Source of the DNA: Ginglymostoma cirratum
Lineage: Eukaryota
NCBI GenBank assembly: GCA_024137785.1
Contig: JAHRHZ010000021.1
Coordinates: 41,690,442-41,754,441 of the forward strand
Length of the DNA: 64,000 nt
Reading direction: 5' to 3'
Positions 13,047 to 25,005 of the stretch are shown piece after piece. Each line of letters begins with the position of its first letter. The first letter of the stretch is position 1. Position numbers and translations under genes: made by a program. The notes beneath the pieces were generated by a model. The model was not told the DNA's origin. It ran no database searches and saw nothing but the letters and a program-made list of their open reading frames with translations.

Positions 13047-13208
13047 CTCCACATTCAGACACATTCCGAGCTCCAGCCATTCCTTGTCCATCATTGCTCG
13101 GACACGGCTCACAGGATAGCTGTCCTTTCGTGTCTTGGTAGGTTCCTGGAGGACACAGGAGACACTGCTTGTGCTCCCCACTGTAGTAGTGGCCTGTTTC
13201 ACAGCTGA
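13047..13208 (-). CDS. SCUBE1: SCUBE1 coding exon, Cys-rich (ephrin-receptor-like) repeat
   Basis: ttccag|TC..., (I)[53 protein letters not shown], donor G|gtgaat; 162 nt. Confidence 0.93.
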
Positions 13209-13361
13209 CTGGAACAAGAAGACAAAATTATGAGTGACTGGAAACTCTATGTATTATATAGAGTGATGTTTCACAACTGATCATCCTGTTACATTGTAAA
13301 GGATATCTTCACACTGTGAGCCAAAATAATCCCAGCAATCACTGGTGAATAAATGACATTA

Positions 13362-13492
13362 AAAAAAACAAAGAACTGTGGATGCTGAAACTCTGAAATA
13401 CAAATAAAAATGCTGGAGAAACTCAGCAGGTCTGGCAGCATTGGTGAAGAGAAAACAGTTAACATTTTGAGTCCAGTGACTGTTCTTTAGAA
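13362..13492. mobile_element. Single-arm copy of the Penelope-derived short element
   Basis: aagaactgtggatgctg...gctggagaaactcagcaggtctggcagca...gttaacattttgagtccagtgac, homologous to the 4668-4795 and 21660-21795 arms. Confidence 0.7.
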
Positions 13493-14657
13493 GTCACTGC
13501 TCTGTTTGGAGGACTGGCTATTTGCTTGTATTTGAATGAGGTCCACTGCTCGGTTAAAAAAAAATCAAATTATGATTAAAATTTTAATAAGGATCGTAAC
13601 ACACCGTGGTATTTGTTTTACTTTGGGATGGCTCATCAAACCAACTCTAGTTTAGTCTGGTGGGTTTAACATTATCTAAATTCTTCATTGTCAGTAACTG
13701 GAAAGAAGTTCTAGCCTATCTGACTTGGGACCCCTTTGAAAATGGTGAGTGGGGCCTAATCCTGGGTTGTCAGGTTAGTGGGACATGGCAGGGGTAGAAG
13801 GAGTAATGAGGACAAAAAGAGGAATAGAGGTGGCTCTGGGCATTTCAAGGGTCACGGGAGTATGAGGGGTAGGAAGGATCATTTAGGGGGCATATGGGGG
13901 GGGGGGTGGGAAGGTGATGGTTGGAGGGCCTGTCATTCATCATTAAAACTAGGCCAGTGTGCCGGAGGTGGACATTCTCTCCTGGCCGTCACCCGCCTTT
14001 CCTGACCCCACCGCCCATCTGACCTTTCTCTGGACGTAGGATCCCAACTCATTCCTCCTCCCACCTCCCACCTCCACAGAATTAGAATATGGTTAGCAGG
14101 GGCACTGTTACAGGAAATGTGGCTCAGATCAGGACGTTGCTGGACTTGGTCCTCCGCTCTCTTCCACAACAGAGTATGGGAAGGTTTTAGCCTCTATTGG
14201 TTATCAATCTAATCTGGTTAGAGATCATGTTGAAAGTAAGGGAGCCTAAAATTCAAAATAAAGATAATAGGTTAAAACTAATAATTGAACAAAGTACTTT
14301 ATCTTGAAATTCTCAAAAAAGCACTATTGTAAGGCCTTGTGAAAATAAAAGGCCACTGCTCAGTGAACTATCTGCAGAACCTGCATATAAATGGCTTAAA
14401 ATGGGATTTGAGTCATCTTCCACTGAAAATGATCCAGGCAATTCCGCAAGGATTTTCATCCGAAGTCTTAAATTCACATCTGCTGCTTTGATGTTATCAA
14501 TTAAGACTAGTGCAATTCAGAATGCGTCAAAAATATCATATACAAAGCCCTACCATAAATCTGCATGAACTATTTTAAACAGTAGGTTTTCACAGTGCGT
14601 CTTGGTTAGATTGGAAGCTGTTCACAATGACCAGTACCATCTTGGAATAATACTTAC

Positions 14658-14861
14658 TACACTTGCCATCCTGGAGCACCTGACCTGTGCTGCACGCCTC
14701 CTGATTTTCATGTATTTTTGCTGGTTTCTGGGCAACTTCATATTCCGTCCCAGAGAACTGAATATAAAACTGTTGTTTATTAATGGACTTCCTTAGTGTT
14801 TTAATTGCCGTCTGCAGCTTTTGTTCCATCCTCTTGCGCACGCATTCCATGTTGCAAGACT
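14658..14861 (-). CDS. SCUBE1: SCUBE1 coding exon, end of spacer / start of Cys-rich region
   Basis: tttag|AG..., (E)[67 protein letters not shown], donor A|gtaagt; 204 nt. Confidence 0.95.
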
Positions 14862-16018
14862 CTAAAGAAAAAGGCGACGTAGAATCCTTCATTAATGGTT
14901 AGGCTATCTTGAACACCACCTATTCTCAAACATTTCATTTAAAGATTTATCGGCTGGTCAACCTCAAATTAATGACCGAAGAGTATACTGCGTTTAAGGT
15001 GATAAAAAATCCTGAAACCAGCTAAATTAGTGGTCACATTCCCGTGTTGTAAGGGTAAGCAGACAAGGCTCCTGATTCTAGGTCTCTCAGTGAGACAAGA
15101 GCCAAGGGGTTTGAGCTCTTCTTCAAAGCCTCCTCTTTCTCCATTGGAACACCATGGCTCTAACCGGAGTTTCCACAGATGACTGGGCAGATTTACAGGA
15201 TCCTGTTGTTCGGAGTGATTTATTAGCCTCATTTAGCAGAGTAACCAAAGACGTATCACAGAGGTTCAGCACAGATTTGGATGCCTTACTGGTAATTGCC
15301 AGTAAGGTGAGGTGAAGTTAACTCGAAGTAGTCTTGTGTGGAGCATTAAGATCAGCACACTGCGAGAGGATTGTGCATTCCATCTAATTCTGTCCAAGTT
15401 CAAACTGTCTTTCAAAGGAAAGTGGTTAAATGTTTACAAAGAAATATTTCAATGGCATCGGGAGACAGCACGGGATCAGCACTGAAGAAATAGTTTCTTC
15501 CCAAAAGCTCTCAATGATTTTACACTCCCTGGGTGGCCTGACAGCCTCAGCTATGTGGGCTGATATTGGGAACAGAGTCCTCCTTTATGGTCCTGTGCCT
15601 GGAAGTCCCAACCTCAAAGTCACATTTACCTCTTTTCCCTCCTCCCTGGCTCCCCAACATCCTTGCCCACTTCCCCACCTATTTTGCTGCCTGGCTCCAG
15701 CGACCGTCTCTGTTGGGGACTGCCCACAGCCCAAGCTGTGGCCATCAATCCCACCTGGCACCACTAGAACATCAGGGCTGCTGCCCTTTCAGCAGGCCGG
15801 TGACTCTCTTTGGCAGTACCTCCCGTACCTAAAGAGCAGAATTCTCAGCTCCACTCTTTATATCAGTGGCCACTTGACTGTTTAGTGACAGTACAGCACC
15901 CATCCTTCCCATGGGTGGGAACCCATGGGCAATCCACACCTACTGCCCGTAACATCCAGCACGTACAATGAGCTGAATGTTGAACATTTGTTACGTAAAA
16001 CTGCCATGATTCTTTTCT

Positions 16019-16118
16019 TAACACAAAAACAAAGTTGCTGGAAAAGCTCAGCAGGTCCGGCAGCATCTGTGAAGGAGAAAACAGAGTTAACATTTTTGGT
16101 CCGGAGACACTTCCTCAG
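16019..16118. mobile_element. Single-arm copy of the Penelope-derived short element
   Basis: caaaaacaaagttgctggaaaagctcagcaggtccggcagcatctgtg...ttcctcag; flanked by atgattct at 16006-16013 and 16121-16128. Confidence 0.75.
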
Positions 16119-16254
16119 TTATGATTCTGTCCCCGGTTGTTATGGCTGGTGGCTCTTCTGGTCCTAAGTCATGGGACATGTGACCAAGCTGACCACTGGA
16201 TCACCCATCATCCATCTTGATGGCTGGGGCCAATTCCAACAACGTGTTTATGTT

Positions 16255-16404
16255 TGTATCAGAGATAAAAGGTACTGCAGATGCTGGAGAATCCGAGATA
16301 ACAAGCATGGGGCTGGATGAACACAGCAGGTCAAGCAGCATCATAGGAGCAGATGATGATGATGCTGCTTGACCTGCTGTGTTCATCCAGCCCCATGCTT
16401 GTTA
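16255..16404. mobile_element. Fold-back element with perfect 46-bp arms (related family)
   Basis: 16299-16344 is the exact reverse complement of 16359-16404, 14-nt loop; flanked by gtgtttatgtt at 16244-16254 and 16409-16419. Confidence 0.8.
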
Positions 16405-16424
16405 ACATGTGTTTATGTTCTGTC

Positions 16425-16720
16425 TTTAATGGAAGGAGGTCTCCAAAGATGCTTCTCATGAGTGTTGTCAAATAAATCTGAGATCGAGTTATATAGAATG
16501 GGAGATATCAAGGCAGATGACCAATAATACGGACAAAGTAAGATTTTAAGGAGCGGCTTAAATACAGAAGGGAGCAGAGGCAGAGAGGTTTAGACAGGGA
16601 ATTCCAGAGCATAGGGCCCAAACACTTGAAGGCACGGCCATCAAAGGTTCAAACTGGCGATGAGTGAGAGGCCAGAGTTGCAGCAGCAGAGATTAGCTTG
16701 TGGCTAGAAAGGAGCTATAA
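16425..16720 (-). mobile_element. L2-like LINE 3' fragment
   Basis: ttttaaggagcggcttaaa...agggaattccagagc (LWNSL...FK..LK on minus). Confidence 0.55.
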
Positions 16721-16724
16721 AGGT

Positions 16725-17152
16725 GGGGCTAGAAAAACTCAGGTCATTTTCTCTGGAGCAGCAGAGGCAGAGGTGAGACTTCATACAGGTCTATAAAATT
16801 ATGAGCTGAATAGTTAGGATTGACAGTCAGAATTTCTTTCCCCAGAGTTGAAATGTCTAATACTAGGGGGCATGCATTTAAGGTGAGAGGGGGAAAGTTC
16901 AAAGGAGATGTGGGGTAAGTTTTTTTTAAAACACAGAGTGGTAGAACTCTGGAACGTGCTAGCAGAGGTGATGGTGGAGTCAGATATGATAGAGGTGTTT
17001 AAGGGTCTTTTAGACATGAATATGCAAGGAATGAAGGGGTGAAGGGATATGGGCAATGGACAAAGGAATTAGTTGAATTTGGTGTCATGTTCAGCACAAC
17101 ATTATGGGCCCAAGGGCCTGTTCCTGTGCTGTACTGATCTATTTTCTATGTT
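16725..17152 (+). mobile_element. CR1 LINE 3' end
   Basis: LG.FSLEQQR.RGD..QVYKIM, cagagtggtagaactctggaacgtgct, tail gggcctgttcctgtgctgtactgatctattttctatgttc. Confidence 0.85.
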
Positions 17153-17349
17153 CCAGAAAGGATGCAAGAACCTGAAATGTACTTTAAGGCAGCTGATGAA
17201 TCACCAAGAGTAGGAAATCAGCCATTATGCACCTCCTCGTGCTATGTAAGCTAGAAGCAAAATCGCTATCTGGCATATTTAAAAAAGCCTAGAACAGTTC
17301 TTCTGGTGATCACTAGTTGGAGCATGTCAAGATTGGGTAAAAGTATGTA

Positions 17350-17540
17350 AAGTCACCAGAGTCTCAGAGGACCATCGAGCTAATGCCTACTTAGAGACTG
17401 TTGGTAGTGGTTTAACTAGACGGTCTTCACACCTCAGGCAAAGGGAGAGGTTGGGAAAGAGGGACCTTCATAGCAATCTCAGCCAGTACAGGAATTGAAC
17501 CCATGCTGTTAGCATCACTCACCAGAGTGCCTGAGCTAAC
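17350..17540 (-). mobile_element. tRNA-derived SINE copy
   Basis: ggaattgaacccatgctgttagcatcactc...tgagctaac (B/A-box on minus); homologous to 24805-25005. Confidence 0.65.
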
Positions 17541-20500
17541 TTTATGGATCTGTTCAACGAGCAGATTTTGACATTGAAATCCTGTGAGCATTGTTCAATG
17601 ACTTTGGAGTGTCATTATGCAGGGCTTTTATTAAAACAATTGTGTGTCTACTACCCCATTACCAAGGGAAGTCATCTGAAAGCAGTCCACTTAAATAATC
17701 CTTTAATATTTGGATCAAGGTGTAACAGTAAGAAATATTAAAAATGAACATGCCAAATTTCTCAAGCATTAATAGCCAGTGTTTCTCAGCTCATCTCCTT
17801 CATTTCAGATATCTAGCAAATTGCCGCTGGACGTTCTCCACAACTTGCATTTTATTGAAATGTTTAAACAAGATCAATTTTGATGAACATGGGCTGTCTA
17901 ATGACGAGCAAAATGGAGCAGCTTTGTTATTTCAGAACTCTCAGCATCTGCCAAATACACACAGGCAGCCAATAATTTCTGTGCATTCAAATTAAGAAAT
18001 AAAAGTCAAGGACTGCTCCCTTGTCATTTTCCAAGTGTTCATATCTGATAGGGGAAGTTCCACACGAGCATGGTAAGTGCTTCCTGCTTGTATTCCAAAT
18101 AAATAGACTGCATACACTATACCAGCAAAAACTTTACAGCAGTGCAACCACTTATTTTAGCTATCATACTTTCTTGTGAAGAATCTTATACCTCTTGGGT
18201 TATATGCAAGAAAGCTGAAATCACAAAAACTGACTTAAATTAGCTTAGTTTCTAACAAATTCCTGACATGGATGGACACAAGTTTTCATATTAATGACAG
18301 CTGGATAAAAATATAGATGATCTGGTCATGATCCCATTGCTCTGTGATCTACACAAATTAGTTCAATTGTTATAAAGAAAAGTATGACACCTTAGACAAA
18401 TGCACGATATGAGAGAGTCTGGCTTTCCTCAAAGCTGAGTTTTAGCACATTGTCCTTTCTGTGTTTATATAATTTCCAATTTTGCCAATAGAGGGAGCTA
18501 GAGACCTGCTTTAGTGACCATTTGCCTGAACCACTGATCCGAGTTATCGCTTGTACCTCATTTGGACATCCCTGCTTTGGACTCTAATTACCCTGTCAAA
18601 CAAAAATGCAGAGCCTATAAATCCTATACAATTGGTTGGCAGTTCACAATGAGTTGATGCAATGAATAGACTGGTACGGTTTCAAAATGAGCATATTTTA
18701 TTTCTAAATCAAAACTTCTTTTCAAAAGTACACTTTTTTCAGATTCTCCTTCTTTCTCATTACTTCAACTTCTTTTAAAAAAAACTAAACATAACTGAAT
18801 TTTTTGTCCTAAATCTATCTTTTTTGCCAATTTTCTCTATTTTGGTTGCAGGGGAATTTAAAAGTGAAACAGAGCGAGTGAGTGACTCTTTGTAGGTCAC
18901 CAAATTGTTTTCCGGCAATGCACACCATCAGTTGTAATCTGTGGTTTTATTTCATTGGTAATGAGTTTTATACTGACTTTAATTGGCTACATAGATCTAT
19001 GAACATACGTTTCAACATAAGGTAACCAGCCTGGATCAAAATCACAGCTCATCACTGATAGGGGAAAGCTACTATGATCGACAAAAGGAAACATCTTTGC
19101 TTCTGCTCATGGCAATTGAACAAAATCATGCAAAACAGCAAAAGGACCTACAGTTCTAGCAAAGCAGCGGCCTCTCTCTGAAGTATAGTAAGACACTGGA
19201 TATGCAAGGGCTAAGCTTGAGATATCCACTTATATTTCAATATGTGTAAAGGTAATCTCTGTGTCTTAACAGTAATGTTTCCAATTGGGTAAATAATCTG
19301 TTGGGCAAGTGATTGTCAAGCAAAGCATGAACAGGTATTATATGTTTGCTAATTACTATGGTATAGTTGTGCAGCAAGTGTGTGCACAGCAAATAGATTA
19401 ATACATAACATAAAGAACGATGTAAACTCTAGATAACTTAACCTTAGTAGGAGGTGGGTTAAGCACAACAGCCTTGAGGCTTTAAGGACTGAAATGCCAA
19501 TTTTGTTCGGACTTTTCACTCTTCACTTTTTTGTGAACTTGTGAACAGGTTACACTGTGATTACATGGACCAAGTTCATTTCCCCATGACACCAGCAGCA
19601 CTGATTTTACCTTTCCAAACAGTCTCCTGAATCTCTGACATGCAATCATCCTAAATAAGTAATAATTCAGTATCAAAATAAGAGCAAAAGTATGGGTAGC
19701 TAATTGCACAGTAATATAAACCTCAATTAACTGTTGCCTTGCAGACAGCGTTTACTGTAAAGCCTATAAAACCCCAGTGATTGCCAAATTTAAGTCCAGC
19801 GGTTGCTTTGGAAAAAAAACTGTTGACAAAACCTGCAAGTTAATCCCAACCATGTGAAGAAAAGATTTCCAAGAACGGTTCGAAGGATGAAGGCCTTCAG
19901 TTAAATGGAAAATAAACTGGATGGCCTGGCATAACTAGTGACTAGGAAGCGACATGGGGAATAGGACTAGCTAGGTTGCCCTTGCAGAACTGGCATGGAC
20001 ATGATGGACTGAATGGCTTCCTTTGGGCTATAACCATTCCATGTTTCCATTCTCCTCTACCTCTTGGGATTTTATGAACTGTCTTTGCTATGACTGAATC
20101 AAACAGGCCACAGAACTAAATCTGTGATGGCCAGAACTCCACGCAATAATTCATTGGAACAGGTCCAAACAAAGAGTCCTACAGCATAGTTACACTTAAT
20201 TGAAAATCCACCTTTGTTTAAATTTACCATGCAAATTACATTTCACTGCAGGCAGTGAGGAAAAGAGCAGAAAACACGAAACTTGTCTTTGCTGTCCACT
20301 TCACACACGTTGGCAAAAGGAAAAATGTAAAAGAGCAGGCTCGAGATGGGCCTTTAGGACAAAAGAGTGTAAGGTCACTACAGCAGCTGGGAGGAAGCAA
20401 AGAGAAATGGTTTGATCGACGATTTAATGTGACAGAAATGAGTGGGGAGAGAGGCTCATGCAATGAGCAAAATTACTCTTGAGCGGAACTCGCTCCTCAA

Positions 20501-21651
20501 TGCTTGGCCTTTCAGTGGAGAAAGGTATCATTATGGTGCCTGCTCCAGGCTGAAATCTTGGAGCTCTATCTCGTCATCTCAAGATTTTGACATTTGAAAA
20601 GATTCCTCCTTTTTCAAAAAAAACCTGCAGATTGCTTTTAAGTAGCACTTTGAAAGACTTGTGAATGACTGTTTTCCGGTGTACAGTGAACCATCTGGTG
20701 ATCACATACTAGACCCCATTTTCTGTGATACACTTTCCACCTTCAATAAAACGTTACGGAGGAACATGAAAATTAGTCTTTAGGTGTACAGGCATCAATC
20801 ACACAGATCCATCGTTGCACGCCTTTCTGCAATTTTAACTTTCATTGATTGTTGTAAATTACAAATCTTCACTAGTCTAGCTTGTTATGTGTGTGTAAAA
20901 TAAGGCACCATATTGTGCAAAGGTTTTCATTGAAAATCAGGTTACATAGAATTGCATCCTTTTATCGTAATTAAATCAACCACTTGCATATAGCAAAGCA
21001 GATGAAGTGAATACAATCAGAAATCTCTGAGATATATAAACTGATAATATTTGTACAAGGGCAAGGCTTTGACAAGGAATACATTTAGTGAGCAGAACAG
21101 CATCTGTGCATTGTGAAGAGGCAGCATAGGAAAGGTATTGCGTTATAAAAGAAATTAGAGACGTACTGATATTTTGAAGGATTTCAGGACCTGAGGAGAT
21201 TACATAGATCATGGACAGGTGAAACCATTAGTGCATAAGAATAGGAACAGGAAAAGGCCATTCGGCCCTTTGAGCCTGTTCCATCATTCAGTAGGATCAT
21301 GGCCAATCTGACATTCCTCATTGCCATTTTTGTGCAGGATTTGAAAGTGAAGATGAGAGTATTAAATTAAAGGAGCTGCATAAAGTGGAGCCGATGAAGG
21401 TCACCAAGCTCGATGCTGACAGGTGATAAGAACTTTGTGCAAACTACAAGTACAACAGGATTTTGTTGACCTTGAGTTGATAATGATATGAGAGGCCAAC
21501 CTAAAGCATGTCCACGTATAACTCCCAAAATATATTTTTAAACTTACTTGCAGCAACCAGATTCAAGGTTCCGTATCTGTTAAATGTGCTTATTATATTT
21601 GTTGGCAATGACGTGTAAAGAAATATCAATTTATTGCCTTCTTTCTTAAAA

Positions 21652-21890
21652 AAACGTACAAAAACCAAAAGAAACTGTGGATGCTGTAAACCAGAAACAA
21701 AAACAGGAATTGTTGGTAAAGCTCAGCAGGTCTGGCAGCACCAGTGGTGAGAAATCAGAGTTCATGTTTCGGTTCCAGTGACCCTTCCTCAGAACTTTCT
21801 GGGTTTCTGGAACCGAAACATGAACTCTGATTTCTCTCCATAGATACTGTCAGACCTGCTCAGCTTTTCCAGCAATTTCTGTTTGTGTTA
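21652..21890. mobile_element. Palindromic Penelope-derived element with hammerhead motif
   Basis: Inverted arms about 21697-21778 / 21807-21887, inner 30 bp perfect; minus strand agtt-CTGAGGA-agggtc-actg-gaacc-GAAA-catg-aact; flanking ttctttcttaaaa (21639-21651) / ttcttccttaaaa (21904-21916). Confidence 0.8.
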
Positions 21891-22559
21891 CAGCTTGTAG
21901 GTGTTCTTCCTTAAAAGGGAAAGGAAAGCCTAAAAACTGTTCTTTGACATTAATTAATTTCACATTATTTGAAACTTTCTCTAATGAATATCCTTCTGTT
22001 ACATCATAGAAGTATCTGTCAGAGGGAACTCTCCACAAGGTCTTCGATCAGTTCGACAGCAAGGGGTGTACAACTTAAACTGGACTTACTCCCAAGCTAT
22101 CGGACGTTGGCTCACACGGTCAGTTCCTTGCTAGAGTTGGTGAAACAAAAACTTATGAATTCTGATCGACAGTTGAAAAACCCTGTGGTTAATCTGTTCT
22201 GCCCCATATAACAGCAGACATCTTTGTGCTTCACCATATATACACTGCCTACCCTGACCAAAATCATTTTATCTCCTTGACAGAAGTGAAAATCCCAATA
22301 GAATTTCTCAAGCAAATGATCTGGGAAATTCCTTCCACTGGGGGAAAAAATAAACTTCTTGGGTCGCCTTGGCTGAGAACTAAAACTTCTTAAATTCATA
22401 ATTTTGCTGTATAAACAAGGAAATACTTTGAATAAATTCTATGCCTGAGCTTGTTTTCCCCATCATATTTAACAATATTTACACTACGAGCCAAAGGAGC
22501 CCAGTGGTGTCATCCACTGCTGAACAGCTAATCAGCTTCCAGCTTAAGCAGCTACTAAC

Positions 22560-22697
22560 CTGTCACCTCCTCAGACTTCATCTCCACCTCGAACTCTGCT
22601 GTAATGTGTGACACCTCCTTCGACGGCGACTTACGTCCACGCCTCCTCTTTTTGGAAGAATCGCACTTTAGATTCACAAAGGTCACGTGACAGTTAT
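22560..22697 (-). CDS. SCUBE1: SCUBE1 coding exon, spacer with polybasic motif
   Basis: cacag|AT..., (D)[45 protein letters not shown], donor G|gttagt; 138 nt; inside ORF 22555..22821. Confidence 0.95.
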
Positions 22698-24804
22698 CTG
22701 TGCATGGGAAGTGACCTCCTTTGTGTAAAAGAGAATAGAAGTGGGAAAAAGGCAACAGCACGTTCATGACGAAATGTAATGAAGAGGAAATGCATATTTT
22801 AAATTGATAAACCAGAGCCAATTTGGCAAATATTACACAGTTATGTCCTGTGAACTTGTCACAATCCTTTCATTGATTCTTTTTAAGAGCAAAATGTCTG
22901 CTTAGAAGCAACTATATGAAATCTAAAATCTATTTACATAAATCAAATATCACATTTGATACTGATTTAATGTCAGGTATGACGATGTTTGATTTGTAAC
23001 TGAATCCAAATGTACAGGTTAAATATTTTCTACGTTAGCAATAAATTAAGCTTTTTTTTCCTGAATTTCTATTAGTATACATACTTAAAACTTTTGAAAG
23101 GAATATTGGATAGGAATAGGATTAAAATTATGACTACAGGCTACAAAAGTATTTATCTCCGTTTTCTTCATCCTTTACTGAATATTTTCATGCTTGAATG
23201 CATGGGATTGGGATTCACAATGGAGAATCTCAGGCAACTAAGATTAGCTTCAGGGTATAGCACAACTAGGCACAGAGGAAAAGTCTGTATGACCACAATA
23301 TATTAACCAATATCTGAAGTATCGCGCCTACTTCCTATTGTTGCCATACTTGTGGCCTTTCTGATCATAACTACAACTTCATGGCAGTAGTAATTTTGTG
23401 CTGTTGGTTCAGAGCAACGAGAAACTAGTCTTAGAATGCTTTAAACTATTTTCACTGAGAGTAGGCTTTCATTCTGTAAGATTCATTTTGACCCCTATCA
23501 CAAGTTGTCTCTAGTTCCATCATTTTTAAGGAAGTAAAATTCTACAATATTTCATTTTTGCTCAGGTCAACCATAAACCTAAGTAAATTCATCAATGTGC
23601 CAGCCTCACACATGTATAAATCGCTGTATTCTTCCACAATTTGCCATAAGATATACATTAGTAAAAACTGCCTGGCACGGTGAAGGGAAAGTAGAACTAC
23701 CATCATTTGTCTCAAATTTATTTAAAACCAAAGTTCTTTATTGATTTGGTGACACAGCCTTGGAGCATGCTTCTTGGCTGCAACGTCAGAGTTTTCAGTA
23801 CAGTTAAAGTTCACCGTAGATACTTATTAACATTTCCAGGATGTTTTGCTGCTCCATTAAACTGCTCCGTTATAAACTATAACCTGTATGTCAATGTACG
23901 TTACATCCTTTCAATGCTATGTAAACAACTGAGCATATACATGTTGATGCTATACCTTCTGTCAGAGTTCAAAAGTAGAGTAACACAGATAGTTATGAAG
24001 AAATGAACGAATTCCAATTGCCAAACAATGCATGATACACATTTTAAATGAATAGTAATTTGCTGCTGCCTTATATGTTCTGATATGTCAGCTTCAATTA
24101 TTTGATAACACTCTTATGCATTGGGGAAGAGAGAGAATTCAAGTTTTACGGTTATAGGAGAATAGCATTATGAACAACACAGGCAACGATATGGATAACT
24201 GCATAATAGCTGACTTGGAGTCAGGCACATGGTAGTCATTGAGTTAAATGCTTCTGATGACAAATAATTTTGTTCTTTTATAGTACAAGTGTGTCGTTTT
24301 TTTTGCTAATAGAGCTCATTTCACAGTTTGTGAAAAAAGGATCATCGCCCTTCAGAGGATAGATAAAGTTTTGAATAACCTAGCTGGAAAAATAATACAA
24401 ATAAATGTTGCCATTATACCTGAATCAGACTAATTGCTAATATGCTAATACCAATGGATAGGGGAAGATTTTGTTTAGTAGGCACACAAGATACAAGAAA
24501 ATAACAGACAGAAACAATAATTACACAAGACAGTGACTGAATCTTGGGTTCTATAAACATTTAGAAATATTCATCACAATTGCCTGACTGAAATATCAGT
24601 AAGTTACTATCACATATTATTCGCATTTCATCAAGAAAAATGCCTCGGCTTAACAACTAAATTGCAGTGGAAAAGATTTTTAAAGTTCGAAATAAATTTA
24701 TGAAAAGTGCACTTTAAAATACTGGACCAAATAACAGAAAGGAGGTACAAATTTTAATGGAAATGTTGATGGTTTTTAAATAATAGTTACAGTAAAGAAA
24801 AACG

Positions 24805-25005
24805 TTGCCATAGTCTTACCAGGTGATAGGGCTGCTCTTAGAGAGAGACGACTGGTGATGGTTTCACCTGCCTCATGCAAGGGGAGAGGTTGAGAAGGAG
24901 AATCCTTCCTGGTAACCTCAGCCAGTGTGGGAAATTGAAACCATGCTGTTAGCATGACTCTGTGTCGTCCACCAGCTGATCAACCAACTGAGCTACTCGA
25001 CCCAC
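24805..25005 (-). mobile_element. tRNA-derived SINE copy (same family as 17350-17540)
   Basis: Shared ggggagaggttgagaag...acctcagccagt...ttgaaaccatgctgttagcatgactc...caactgagctact. Confidence 0.65.
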
